Of a stretch of 64,000 nucleotides of DNA, positions 10,401 to 18,321 are shown piece after piece. Positions within the stretch are counted from its first letter, which is position 1. Each line of letters opens with the position of its first letter. Below the pieces are notes generated by a model. That model saw only the letters and a program-made list of their open reading frames with translations. It did no database searches and was not told the DNA's origin. This DNA comes from an uncultured Heliomicrobium sp. GTDB taxonomy: Bacteria > Acidobacteriota > Blastocatellia > RBC074. Made by a program: the position numbers and the translations under genes. Location: positions 1,151 to 65,150 of the forward strand of contig CAYRQB010000001.1 in assembly GCA_964426025.1 (NCBI GenBank). Reading direction: 5' to 3'.

Positions 10401-11939
10401 TTCAAAACACTTGAGCAGAAATTGGAAGATGCTGCGTTGACTGACGCGGTGAAAAATCGTCTGGCCAGAAGATTAGTGGCGATTGCCGCTACGTTTTACG
10501 CTTCGGCGGGCGGCGACGGCGGCCCCGGTCAGATGGGTTACATCACCGCGGGCAGCACTGAGATGATGGGCAAAGCCGTCTTGCGTTTGTGGGGCAAAAC
10601 CGATGCGGCGAACATTCCGGAACTGCGACTGGTGATGGAAGGCGCGGCCAACGTCGCTTACGAACCTTTGCAGGACAAGATCATTGATTATTCGACGCAC
10701 GGCCCCGAAGAGCTTCGCACGCTGGCCGCCGCCGCAGTCAGTGATCCCAGCGCCGTGACCTTGCCCGCAGTTCAGGAGAAAGTCGAACCGCTGGTTGAAC
10801 AGATTCATCGCGCTGCGCCGGATTACGACCGCCGCCAATCGCTGGCTCAACCAGTCTTGCGATTGTTCAGCCGCGCCAAATGGGCTGTGCCGAAAACCAC
10901 CGAACAGCGCGATCTGCTTTACCGTTTGCTGATTCCCAAACACACAGCCGAACCGGGCACGGCGGAATTGAAGAAGATCATTGACGCCGCCGAAGCCGCC
11001 GTTCGTCCAATGGGTTTGCCGGATGCCGATTGGTACATCGCCGACCGAATGGGCGCGATGCTGGCGACGAACACTGATTTGCACACCGACGAATTGCTGC
11101 GCTTCATTCCCGGCGCGTCGAAAAATCCGCTGACTTCGCACTTCTGGCTGCCTTCGGTCGCCTGGGTCGCTTCGTATGGCGACGAGATTCCGGAAATTGA
11201 TTCCGCCAACAATCAACCGTCCTCGCCGCAGATTGCCGCCGCTCGCGCCCGCGCCATCGAACTGTTCGTGCAGATGTTGCAACCTTCGACTCCGGTCATG
11301 AGCCGCAACATCGCATTGCGATTGGCGAATACGACCGCTCTGCGGCAAGACCCGACTGTGCAGGCCGCGCTGCGGAAACTGGTCGAGACCGAAAAGAACA
11401 ACGTCGCGCGCAATGCTTTGAAATACTCCGATCCGCAAATCTGGATGGCCGAATTGCAGGAAGCGGTGAAGAAAGAACCGCTGGCCGCCAATTTGCTGGC
11501 TGGAAGCCTGAAAGATCAAACTCTTTCGCCGCAATTCATCGCCAGCTTTCGGTACTTCAGCGATTACGTGGCGCCGGAACTCAATCGCAATCAGCGAATG
11601 GATGAAATGTCCTGCATGAAATGCCACGCCGTCGAAGGCCGCGTGCCTTCGATGTATCTGGCCGGGCCGGACGGCAACGGATTCTGGACTGTGCCGAATA
11701 TGCTGAAGAATTATTTGACGCTGCAACAACGCGTCAATCCTGCGGACATCGAAACCAGCAAGCTGTTGCGCAAACCGCTCAACGTCCAAACCGGCAAGGA
11801 AGACGGTCACCAAGGCGGACGCCGTTACACGCCATCCGAACGCGGTTATCAGATCATTCGTCGCTGGGCGCTGGATCAACCGCGCGTGATGCAAAGTCAG
11901 GGAGCGCCGGCCACCGCTCAACCCGGAAAAAACAGATGA
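7473..11939 (+). CDS. Giant secreted/anchored multidomain protein with two CxxCH heme-c motifs, squalene-cyclase-like repeats and HEAT repeats
   Basis: The ATG at 7473 follows GAGGGA, and the track ORF starts upstream at 7362. It has an N-terminal TM/signal IIALSVFLISLSFLFWL. A PPC-like segment (SEPNDTPEQA...GDDWFRL) precedes the first heme motif HCMSCHTQSG. QxxDGSW-type repeats (NADGSWGF, QDPYGRWN) and HEAT-like repeats (VRVWSAMALGG, VRDAAAWAM, HPAVRAWAARAAW) follow. A second CMKCHAVEG motif sits near the C-terminus. Confidence 0.8.
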   Translation: MYSNRLNLKHRRIIALSVFLISLSFLFWLGKSEASRTANTAAVRLAPVKLNLQFGGKWEKRLALQRGETFELSVGLPSPSSLPHHGRIGVRWVLEKAEAGEALPIVAGRKTDAFGIYTAPTTDWRKVLHALDSDVYLVYRAPVAGQYRLEIAPITDEANIFSNPESIRWREDGVAPQAVNFPDKTPWPNGKTVPLNVTINPLDLNDSAKVGSFVESEPNDTPEQAQEVTLPEGPDDSKAIQAIRINGGADDIEYFDNGKVGKSGDDWFRLNFNGKEPRLLTANLAIPDHTLAAQLRFYALDESGALGEYTEGRNENERTHQQNEQHRASIVRLLKPGKTYLLRAEANAPGYELELRVLKPAPYDDPRMAVRQAVYDHLGQVDSWLTNRPRGASVERRIRDTGNLMGTHCMSCHTQSGVWGTAGPMENGYTLENKQNFRRLVNVMYESLRPTNYLKDAANNTSLAPLDVGDGPAGTRVAGHNVCTAERVIPARKLHSMQAIRAANHTIQTADPSGINAAGPGSNVGQSIVYNYAGEILRTAWDRTNHPRYLAALEEKADRMLGVLPRYSDDLSNRIEFFKRYFPQDYVAQNQKARTIYPTLPPDPKPQPTPTPSNDGKPVEPPPAIFPEYKLKSADAAAKLLERIAETIKKDEARLRAIQNADGSWGFDPGKPDGDKWKTNGEYDPAPTALALSAFHALGFTDKDPAVARGVKALLRMQDPYGRWNKNALTGFVTTSYVLHALARLYPEQPVKPTRAEFTPRAGESLPATIARVRALSHTDDPALVDLMIQASLHPSAQVRVWSAMALGGVHDERGVPTLIKLMGDQVKMVRDAAAWAMEQTLLDDKGFGTVFVAYETGGDLTRESIAKALGIRADAVMTKPTFSKTRLTALLDRAINDDRHPAVRAWAARAAWQWWIWNPPVREAINQSWTRKLLAAESNALVENTFRYQSHALFVVNGHKANGSEEHQYKELSGLFKTLEQKLEDAALTDAVKNRLARRLVAIAATFYASAGGDGGPGQMGYITAGSTEMMGKAVLRLWGKTDAANIPELRLVMEGAANVAYEPLQDKIIDYSTHGPEELRTLAAAAVSDPSAVTLPAVQEKVEPLVEQIHRAAPDYDRRQSLAQPVLRLFSRAKWAVPKTTEQRDLLYRLLIPKHTAEPGTAELKKIIDAAEAAVRPMGLPDADWYIADRMGAMLATNTDLHTDELLRFIPGASKNPLTSHFWLPSVAWVASYGDEIPEIDSANNQPSSPQIAAARARAIELFVQMLQPSTPVMSRNIALRLANTTALRQDPTVQAALRKLVETEKNNVARNALKYSDPQIWMAELQEAVKKEPLAANLLAGSLKDQTLSPQFIASFRYFSDYVAPELNRNQRMDEMSCMKCHAVEGRVPSMYLAGPDGNGFWTVPNMLKNYLTLQQRVNPADIETSKLLRKPLNVQTGKEDGHQGGRRYTPSERGYQIIRRWALDQPRVMQSQGAPATAQPGKNR

Positions 11940-11974
11940 CAGTTGAAATGCGACGATGAAGAGGAATTCAGTCG

Positions 11975-13504
11975 TTAAGGCTGTTTGTCTTCTTTGCGGA
12001 TGGGATTGCCTTCCCATTTCCAAACGCCGTCTTCATTCACCAGCGATCGCGCTCCGTTCGGAGCGGTCGGTTTGGCGTTCGTCTTAGGCAGCCATTTGCG
12101 ATGTTCGGCGATGATCCTGGCGAAGCGCGGATTGCCTGCCAGATTGTTCCATTCGTTCGGATCGCGTCGCATATCGTAAAGCTCTTCTGAACCATCGGCG
12201 TAACGAATGTATCGCCAGCGCTCGCTTCGCACAGTGTGATTGTCCGGATTGTGGGTAGTAATGGCAGGCCATGGACGCGAAGCTTTTGCGTTTTTCAGGA
12301 GCGGTTTCAGGCTGTGACCTTCCAGTTCTTTACTGACTGGCAGACCGCTCAAATCGGCCAGCGTCGGATAAAGATCGAGCAATTCCACCGGGCGATTGCT
12401 GCGAGCGCCAACGGAAATTCCAGGCCCTGCGAAAACCAATGGCACTCGCGTTGAACGTTCCCACAAAGAGTTTTTCCCGCTGATTGCTTTTTCTCCCAGA
12501 TGCCATCCGTGATCCGACCACAAGACGACGACCGTGTTTTCGGCCAATCCGTTTTTTTCCAGAGCTTCCAGAACGCGGCCAACCTGATTGTCCACGAAAC
12601 TGACGCTGGCCAGATAAGCCCGAACCATTGGCCGCCATTGATTGGCGGATTGCAACCAGGACAAACGTGGCTCAGGCAATTTCCAGTGCAGATACCAGGA
12701 AAATTCCGGCGTGTCGTTGCGGTCATCGGCTTTGACCGCAGGCATGATCAGTTTGTCGTCCGGGTACAGATCGAACCATCGCTCGGGCGTGTAAAGCGGT
12801 ACGTGCGGCAATCGAAAACCCACGGCCAGAAAGAAAGGTTGCGACGGAGCCGAACGCAATTTTTCAATTGCCCAATCGGCCAGCTTCCAATCGTCGTGGT
12901 CTGAATCCGTTTCGGGGAACATCCCCCAATCCACCAGCCTGTGATTTTCCGGCGTGGTGACGAATTTCTGCGCGGGCAGGTTTTTGTAATTGTCCACCTG
13001 ATCCCAGACGTTGAATTCGTTTTTGCGCTCGGCGACTGGCGGCGATCCGTCGTGAAAGATTTTGCCCGCAGTGATCGTCCGATAACCATGCTGGGCCAGG
13101 TATTGCGGAAGCGTGACCAGATTCTTCAGGCTTTCGACGCGGCGAAACCACGGCTGCAAGGCGTAAACGCCGGTCGTTGTGGGACGCAATCCGGTCAACA
13201 GACTTGTGCGAGAAGGATTGCACAGCGGAGCCTGACAATGCGCGTTGGTGAATAGCGTGCCTCTGCCAGCCAGCCCGTCAATGGCAGGAGTTTGAACCTG
13301 TTGATGGCCGTTCATGCATCCGACCCAGTCGTTCAAATCGTCAATGGCTATGAACAGGTAATTGGGTTTGGTTGGTTGAGCTTGTTTCGTTTTCGATTGT
13401 CTGTCGCTGACAGCCTCTGCGATTTGCAGTGGCTGGATCAACAACGAAGCGAGACAAAGAGCGATGAAAAATTGTTTTGAGAATTTGACGGGGCTTTTGT
13501 TCAT
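11975..13504 (-). CDS. Sulfatase of the formylglycine type
   Basis: It has a signal peptide. The sulfatase signature CNPSRTSLLTGLRP contains the C-x-P-x-R target motif. Further motifs are IAIDDLNDW near the N-terminus and WSDHGWHLGE. Confidence 0.9.
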   Translation of the reverse strand: MNKSPVKFSKQFFIALCLASLLIQPLQIAEAVSDRQSKTKQAQPTKPNYLFIAIDDLNDWVGCMNGHQQVQTPAIDGLAGRGTLFTNAHCQAPLCNPSRTSLLTGLRPTTTGVYALQPWFRRVESLKNLVTLPQYLAQHGYRTITAGKIFHDGSPPVAERKNEFNVWDQVDNYKNLPAQKFVTTPENHRLVDWGMFPETDSDHDDWKLADWAIEKLRSAPSQPFFLAVGFRLPHVPLYTPERWFDLYPDDKLIMPAVKADDRNDTPEFSWYLHWKLPEPRLSWLQSANQWRPMVRAYLASVSFVDNQVGRVLEALEKNGLAENTVVVLWSDHGWHLGEKAISGKNSLWERSTRVPLVFAGPGISVGARSNRPVELLDLYPTLADLSGLPVSKELEGHSLKPLLKNAKASRPWPAITTHNPDNHTVRSERWRYIRYADGSEELYDMRRDPNEWNNLAGNPRFARIIAEHRKWLPKTNAKPTAPNGARSLVNEDGVWKWEGNPIRKEDKQP

Positions 13505-13566
13505 AGCTCTATCCAGTTTTCACGGTTTGGAAGCGCTACCGCAATTTCCATTGGTAAGGAGAGGGA

Positions 13567-13661
13567 TTAGCCATTAACCATCAGCCATTAACCATTAACA
13601 GACAGGGGGCGGTTTTCTTACCCTGACTAATAATGGTTAGTGGCTGATGGTTAATGGCTAA
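13567..13661. repeat. Large hairpin formed by 32-nt inverted arms
   Basis: The arms TTAGCCATTAACCATCAGCCATTAACCATTAA and TTAATGGTTAGTGGCTGATGGTTAATGGCTAA differ at one position. Each arm is built from CCATTAACCAT units. A roughly 30-nt loop separates them, and a T-rich run on the + strand follows. Confidence 0.6.
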
Positions 13662-13727
13662 TTTCGATTTTTAGCTTTTGTTTCATCAGACGTTTACGCA
13701 TTGAATTACTGGTAGCGGAGGTTTGGA

Positions 13728-14690
13728 TTATTTCGCGCGATGGTAATCAATGACGCTTTTCAGGATTTCGTCCAGGCCGAAAGTCGGTTGATAACCGATC
13801 AGATCGCGAATTTTTGAAATGTCCGGGACGCGCCGCATCATGTCTTCAAAACCTTCTTCGTAGGCTTTTTCGTATGGCAGGAAGCTGATGCGCGAATTCG
13901 ATCCTGACAGAGCTTTGATTCGTTCGGCCAGTTGCAGGATGGTCACTTCGTAATCTCCGCCGATGTTGTAAACCTCGCCGACGGCATCGGGGTGTTCGAT
14001 CAATTTCATTAGCGCGCCGACCACGTCGTTGACGTGAGTGAAGCAGCGGCTTTGCGAACCGTCGCCGTAAACGGTGATGTCTTCGTTGCCAATCGCCTGT
14101 TTGACGAAGTTGGGAATGACCATCCCGTAACGTCCTGTTTGGCGCGGGCCGACTGTGTTGAACAAACGGGCAATGACGGTCGGGACTTTCTTTTCTTTCC
14201 AGTAGGCGATGGCCAGAAATTCGTCTATCGCCTTCGAGCAGGCGTAACTCCAACGGCCTTTGTTGGTCGCGCCCATGACCAGATCGTCGTCTTCGCGGAA
14301 AGGAATGGTTTCGCGTTTGCCGTAAACTTCCGATGTCGAAGTGATCAGCACGCGTTTGCGCTTCTTGGCGGCCTGAGCCAGAACGACTTCGGTTCCACGA
14401 ATGTTTGTTTCAATGGTTCTGACGGGACTTTCAACGATCAATCGAACTCCGACCGCCGCCGCCAGGTGATAAGTCGCATCGCACAAATCCACCAGTTCGG
14501 CCATCAATTGATGATTCGTCACCGTGTCGAGCGCGTAATGAAAGCCGGGGTTTTTCTTGATGTGTTCGATGTTTTCCATCGAACCGGTCGAAAGATCGTC
14601 AATGATGTAAACCTCGTCACCGCGTTCGAGATGCTTTTCAGCCAAATGCGAGCCAATGAAACCGGCTCCTCCTGTAATCAAAACTTTCAT
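13728..14690 (-). CDS. NAD-dependent epimerase/dehydratase, UDP-glucuronate decarboxylase or NDP-sugar 4,6-dehydratase-like SDR
   Basis: It carries the Rossmann motif MKVLITGGAGFIGSHL and the SDR catalytic motif YACSK. Overall similarity is to the UXS/RmlB family. Confidence 0.85.
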   Translation of the reverse strand: MKVLITGGAGFIGSHLAEKHLERGDEVYIIDDLSTGSMENIEHIKKNPGFHYALDTVTNHQLMAELVDLCDATYHLAAAVGVRLIVESPVRTIETNIRGTEVVLAQAAKKRKRVLITSTSEVYGKRETIPFREDDDLVMGATNKGRWSYACSKAIDEFLAIAYWKEKKVPTVIARLFNTVGPRQTGRYGMVIPNFVKQAIGNEDITVYGDGSQSRCFTHVNDVVGALMKLIEHPDAVGEVYNIGGDYEVTILQLAERIKALSGSNSRISFLPYEKAYEEGFEDMMRRVPDISKIRDLIGYQPTFGLDEILKSVIDYHRAK

Positions 14691-14710
14691 TCTGTTTTTT
14701 TCCTCAATAT

Positions 14711-14869
14711 GACTTACGCAGGAAAGACAATTTCAACGCAAGGTCGCAAAGCTTCGAAGACGCAAAGATGGTTTTTGGCGAGGAAACGATTCAAGTTGCC
14801 ACAACCAAGATTGCTTTGCGCTTTTGCCGCCAGGCGTCTTTGCGTTAAGGCAGTGACTCTGCGTAAGTC
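14711..14869. repeat. Imperfect palindrome of about 160 bp closed by perfect 11-bp inverted termini (GACTTACGCAG / CTGCGTAAGTC)
   Basis: The terminal inverted repeats are at 14711..14721 and 14859..14869. The inner arms carry repeated CGCAAAG and CTTTGCG motifs that pair imperfectly. Confidence 0.5.
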
Positions 14870-16087
14870 CTGACCGTAACAAATTGCCTGGTCTTGAATA
14901 GCCTGATGTTTCGGGGCTGCGAACAGTCTTTGGATATACTTGATTATGCGAGCTTGGACTGCCCCGACAGTGAACAAGGGATGCGCGAGATTGTCAACGG
15001 AATCTTTTGTGTAAAGTTGGCATTGTAAGGCCATCAGAATATGGACTCATTTTTTGAAATCAGGGCAATCTGGAGCAAAATCATTTTTCTGCTTAACCGG
15101 TAGCAAATAGGAGGTAGCTCCGGTGCAATCCCATATCCCAAGTCAGGTTTTAATTAGTGGAGCGACCAGAACTGGTCAATATGGCGAAAAATCTATTCAA
15201 TGTTGGCCATCGGACAAATCATCCTACGTACAGCATATGGGAGGACCCTCCTATAAAAATTATCGCTCCCGCCTATAAAAAATAGTCCGTGTCACCGATG
15301 CGCAGCGCTTTCCAAAAAGTTATCTTACACTTGTCCCATTCATTACTGCAGAAGTGTGGAGCTACATTTGGTGATTGAATTAACCAATTTAGCGGCAGTA
15401 AGCGGGGCAGTCTCAATAAGTGCATAACTTCAAAACCGGATTCAGTTGGCAATTGATTAAGCGACAAACGAGCGGAAGTTTTTCTCACATCGCATAGTCA
15501 ATCGAATAGCTGCCAAACTGGTTCAGTTCAGCGAAAATACGCGCCCGATTCTGTGACAATCCAGGCATGAACCGCTAACAGTTGTTGTGGGGGCGTTGGT
15601 TTTACAGGCTTCCGAACTGTGCCGGTAGCGGTTTGGTTTTGGGTAAAGGGAATTCACAAATTTTTTGGGCCGAGTTATTGACTGGAAACTCCGGATGGCG
15701 ATCCGGCGATATTCAGTCGCAAAGAGCACAGATCAAATCCAGGATTTAAGCTACGGCGGATGGTTGGTGACGGCTTGGATAAGTAGCTTGCTTTTTAAAG
15801 CAGATGGATTGTTGACAGCAACAAATATCAGGTTCATTTGCCATGAGCCAATTCTCTCTCGGCTAATTATCCCTATAAACATTACGTCGCCAAAGATTCT
15901 CCATCATTTCCAACAGGCCTAACTGGTTTTTCAGTTCAGGCGGAATGATTGGAAAGTCAATATATCGTTTTGAACAACCAGGATGCTGCCTCGGCATGAG
16001 GTTTCCTTCAAGGTTTCAAGTTTGGGCAAGGTGTGTCTTGACGGAAAACAACAAGCCGAACAAGGCATCCGAAGAGAAATAAAACGT

Positions 16088-17944
16088 ATGGGATCAAATG
16101 CATTAGTTATTGGAGCAGGACCTGCCGGTTTAACCGCCGCCTATGAATTGTCGAAACTCGGTATGGGGTCAACCATCATCGAGGCAGACGCACAGGTCGG
16201 CGGTATTTCGCGAACGGTCAATTACAAAGGCTACAGATTTGATATTGGCGGACACCGCTTTTTCTCGAAGGTTCCGGTCATCAACGAACTGTGGCAGGAA
16301 ATTCTGAGCGAAGATTTTCTGCTGCGGCCTCGGATGTCCAGGATTTATTATCGTGGGCACTATTTCGATTATCCGCTGAAAGCTGCCAACGCTCTGGCCG
16401 GATTGGGGCCGGTGGAAGCTCTGTTGGTGATGATGAGCTACAGCAAGGCCAAGATGATGCCGCACGGAGACGAGAGCAATTTCGAGCAGTGGGTTTCCAA
16501 CCGCTTCGGCCAACGGCTGTACGAAATCTTTTTCAAAACCTACACCGAGAAAGTTTGGGGAATCCCCTGCAGCGAAATTTCGGCGGATTGGGCGGCTCAG
16601 CGCATCAAAAACCTTTCGCTCAAAGAAGCCATTCGCAACGCGCTGTTCAGCGCCGCCAAAACCACCGACGGTGAAGTCATCACGACCCTGATTGATCAAT
16701 TCCATTATCCGCGTCTGGGGCCGGGAATGATGTGGGAATGCTGCGAAGAGATTCTGGCTTCGCAGGGAAATGAAACCGTTCACGGCATCAAGGTTGAAAA
16801 GGTTCGCCACCGAAAGGGAAGAGTCGAGACAGTGGTCGGTCGCAACAAAGACGGCGAGATGGTTGAATTCGACGCCGATCATTTCATCTCTTCTATGCCC
16901 TTGCGAAGTTTGATTCGCAGCCTCGATCCGTTACCGCCGGACGAAGTTCTGCAGGCGGCAAACACTTTGCGGTACCGCGATTACCTGACGGTGGTCTTGA
17001 TCGCCAAACGCGATAACGTTTTCCCGGACAACTGGATTTACATTCATTCTCCCGAAGTGAAGATGGGGCGGATTCAGAATTACAAAAACTGGAGTCCGGA
17101 AATGGTTCCCGACTCTTCGCGCAGTTCGCTGGGGCTGGAATATTTCCTCTGGCAGAAAGACGAAGAATGGGATTGGCCGGACGAACAGTTGATTGATCTG
17201 GGCATCAAGGAAGTGACCAAGATCGGGGTAATCGAACCGAGCGAAATAGAGGACGGAACGGTCGTCAGAATGAAAAAGGCGTATCCGGTTTACGATCAGG
17301 GATACAAAGAGAATCTGGAATTGATCAAAAACTATCTGGCGACGATCACCAACCTGCAAACCGTCGGCAGAAACGGATTGCATCGTTATAACAACCAGGA
17401 TCATTCGATGTTGACTGCGGTTTACGCCGCGCGCAACATCGTCGGCGAACAGAACGATGTCTGGTCGGTGAACACCGAAATGGAGTACCACGAAGAAGTG
17501 AAATCGCCGGGACCGGAACGTTCCAGTACAATCGCAAACACAATGGGCGACAGGGCAGTACCGATGCCGTTGAGAGAATCAGCCGGAACTGATTTCTCCA
17601 CCGACGAGATTATTCAGAAAGCCTTTGCCAAACTCGATCCAATTGCGCTTGGCATATCGCTTGGCGCGGTCGTTGGAACGATAATCTTTCTGGCGACGGC
17701 GGCGCTGATTTTGAAAGGCGGACCGGTAATCGGACCGACTCTTGGTTTGCTGCGTAATTACCTGTTCGGTTACGAAGTGAACTGGCAGGGGGCATTTGTC
17801 GGTTTGGCAGAAGGTGGAATCGGCGGTTTCCTGCTCGGATACGTTGTGGCCAATCTAAGAAACTGGGGAATGAGGGCATATGCCCATTTGATACGGCGAC
17901 GCGCCGAATCAAAGGCCCAGCAACATTTACTGGATGAAGTATGA
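16088..17944 (+). CDS. NAD(P)/FAD-dependent oxidoreductase with a C-terminal membrane domain
   Basis: ATG at 16088; the track ORF starts at 15983. The start gives [21 protein letters not shown], a Rossmann dinucleotide-binding motif. The body resembles the amine-oxidase/UDP-galactopyranose-mutase-like superfamily. The last ~110 aa form a hydrophobic two-helix module ([22 protein letters not shown]...[15 protein letters not shown]). Confidence 0.8.
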   Translation: MGSNALVIGAGPAGLTAAYELSKLGMGSTIIEADAQVGGISRTVNYKGYRFDIGGHRFFSKVPVINELWQEILSEDFLLRPRMSRIYYRGHYFDYPLKAANALAGLGPVEALLVMMSYSKAKMMPHGDESNFEQWVSNRFGQRLYEIFFKTYTEKVWGIPCSEISADWAAQRIKNLSLKEAIRNALFSAAKTTDGEVITTLIDQFHYPRLGPGMMWECCEEILASQGNETVHGIKVEKVRHRKGRVETVVGRNKDGEMVEFDADHFISSMPLRSLIRSLDPLPPDEVLQAANTLRYRDYLTVVLIAKRDNVFPDNWIYIHSPEVKMGRIQNYKNWSPEMVPDSSRSSLGLEYFLWQKDEEWDWPDEQLIDLGIKEVTKIGVIEPSEIEDGTVVRMKKAYPVYDQGYKENLELIKNYLATITNLQTVGRNGLHRYNNQDHSMLTAVYAARNIVGEQNDVWSVNTEMEYHEEVKSPGPERSSTIANTMGDRAVPMPLRESAGTDFSTDEIIQKAFAKLDPIALGISLGAVVGTIIFLATAALILKGGPVIGPTLGLLRNYLFGYEVNWQGAFVGLAEGGIGGFLLGYVVANLRNWGMRAYAHLIRRRAESKAQQHLLDEV

Positions 17945-18270
17945 CGACGACAAATTCAACCATGGCAGAAAAAAATCGGACTACTGAAGAAATAAGCCTG
18001 GAAATCATGAGGATTCAGGCTGGCGTGTTGGCGTTGGTGTGCGCAGTCATCGGCGGAATTGGTTTGTTCGCCATGACAGTCTGGCTGTTGATCAAAGACG
18101 GGCCGGGCGCGGGGCCGCACCTGCAATTGCTCGGTCAATATTTCATCGGCTATTCCGTGACCTGGGGAGGCAGCGTGATCGGTTTGTTTTACGGCGCGCT
18201 GACCGGCGGAATTGTTGGATGGATCATCGGCATGATTTACAACCTGGTTGCCGGACTGCGGCGTGGATAA
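17941..18270 (+). CDS. Small two-TM membrane protein, paralog of the oxidoreductase C-terminal tail
   Basis: Its ATG overlaps the upstream stop (ATGA). [48 protein letters not shown] aligns with [44 protein letters not shown] in the preceding protein. Confidence 0.6.
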   Translation: MTTTNSTMAEKNRTTEEISLEIMRIQAGVLALVCAVIGGIGLFAMTVWLLIKDGPGAGPHLQLLGQYFIGYSVTWGGSVIGLFYGALTGGIVGWIIGMIYNLVAGLRRG

Positions 18271-18321
18271 CTATCCGGGAATCAGGAAATCCTTCACCCT
18301 CTAAAATCAATAACTCGCTAA

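Noticed and set aside
8091-12023. Long antisense ORFs of 400, 336 and 516 aa on the minus strand inside the giant heme protein gene
   Set aside because: The translations are Arg-, Gln- and Ala-rich low-complexity strings with no motifs. This is the typical artefact of a high-GC gene read in its reverse frames. The + strand frame carries coherent domains.
13567-13661. CCATTAACCAT repeat units read as a possible mini-CRISPR array
   Set aside because: Only two arms are present, in inverted rather than direct orientation. There are no unique spacers, no cas genes and no leader. It is a hairpin or MITE-like palindrome.
14900-15980. AT-rich 1-kb block considered as a prophage or IS remnant or genomic island boundary
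   Set aside because: There is no integrase or transposase frame, no terminal inverted repeats and no tRNA. Only short junk ORFs are present, for example 15273..15488 and 15523..15729. It is better explained as an operon leader or regulatory region.
15983-16087. 35-aa N-terminal extension of the FAD oxidoreductase given by the ORF track
   Set aside because: The Rossmann GxGxxG motif is expected within the first ~15 residues. The internal ATG at 16088 gives [14 protein letters not shown].
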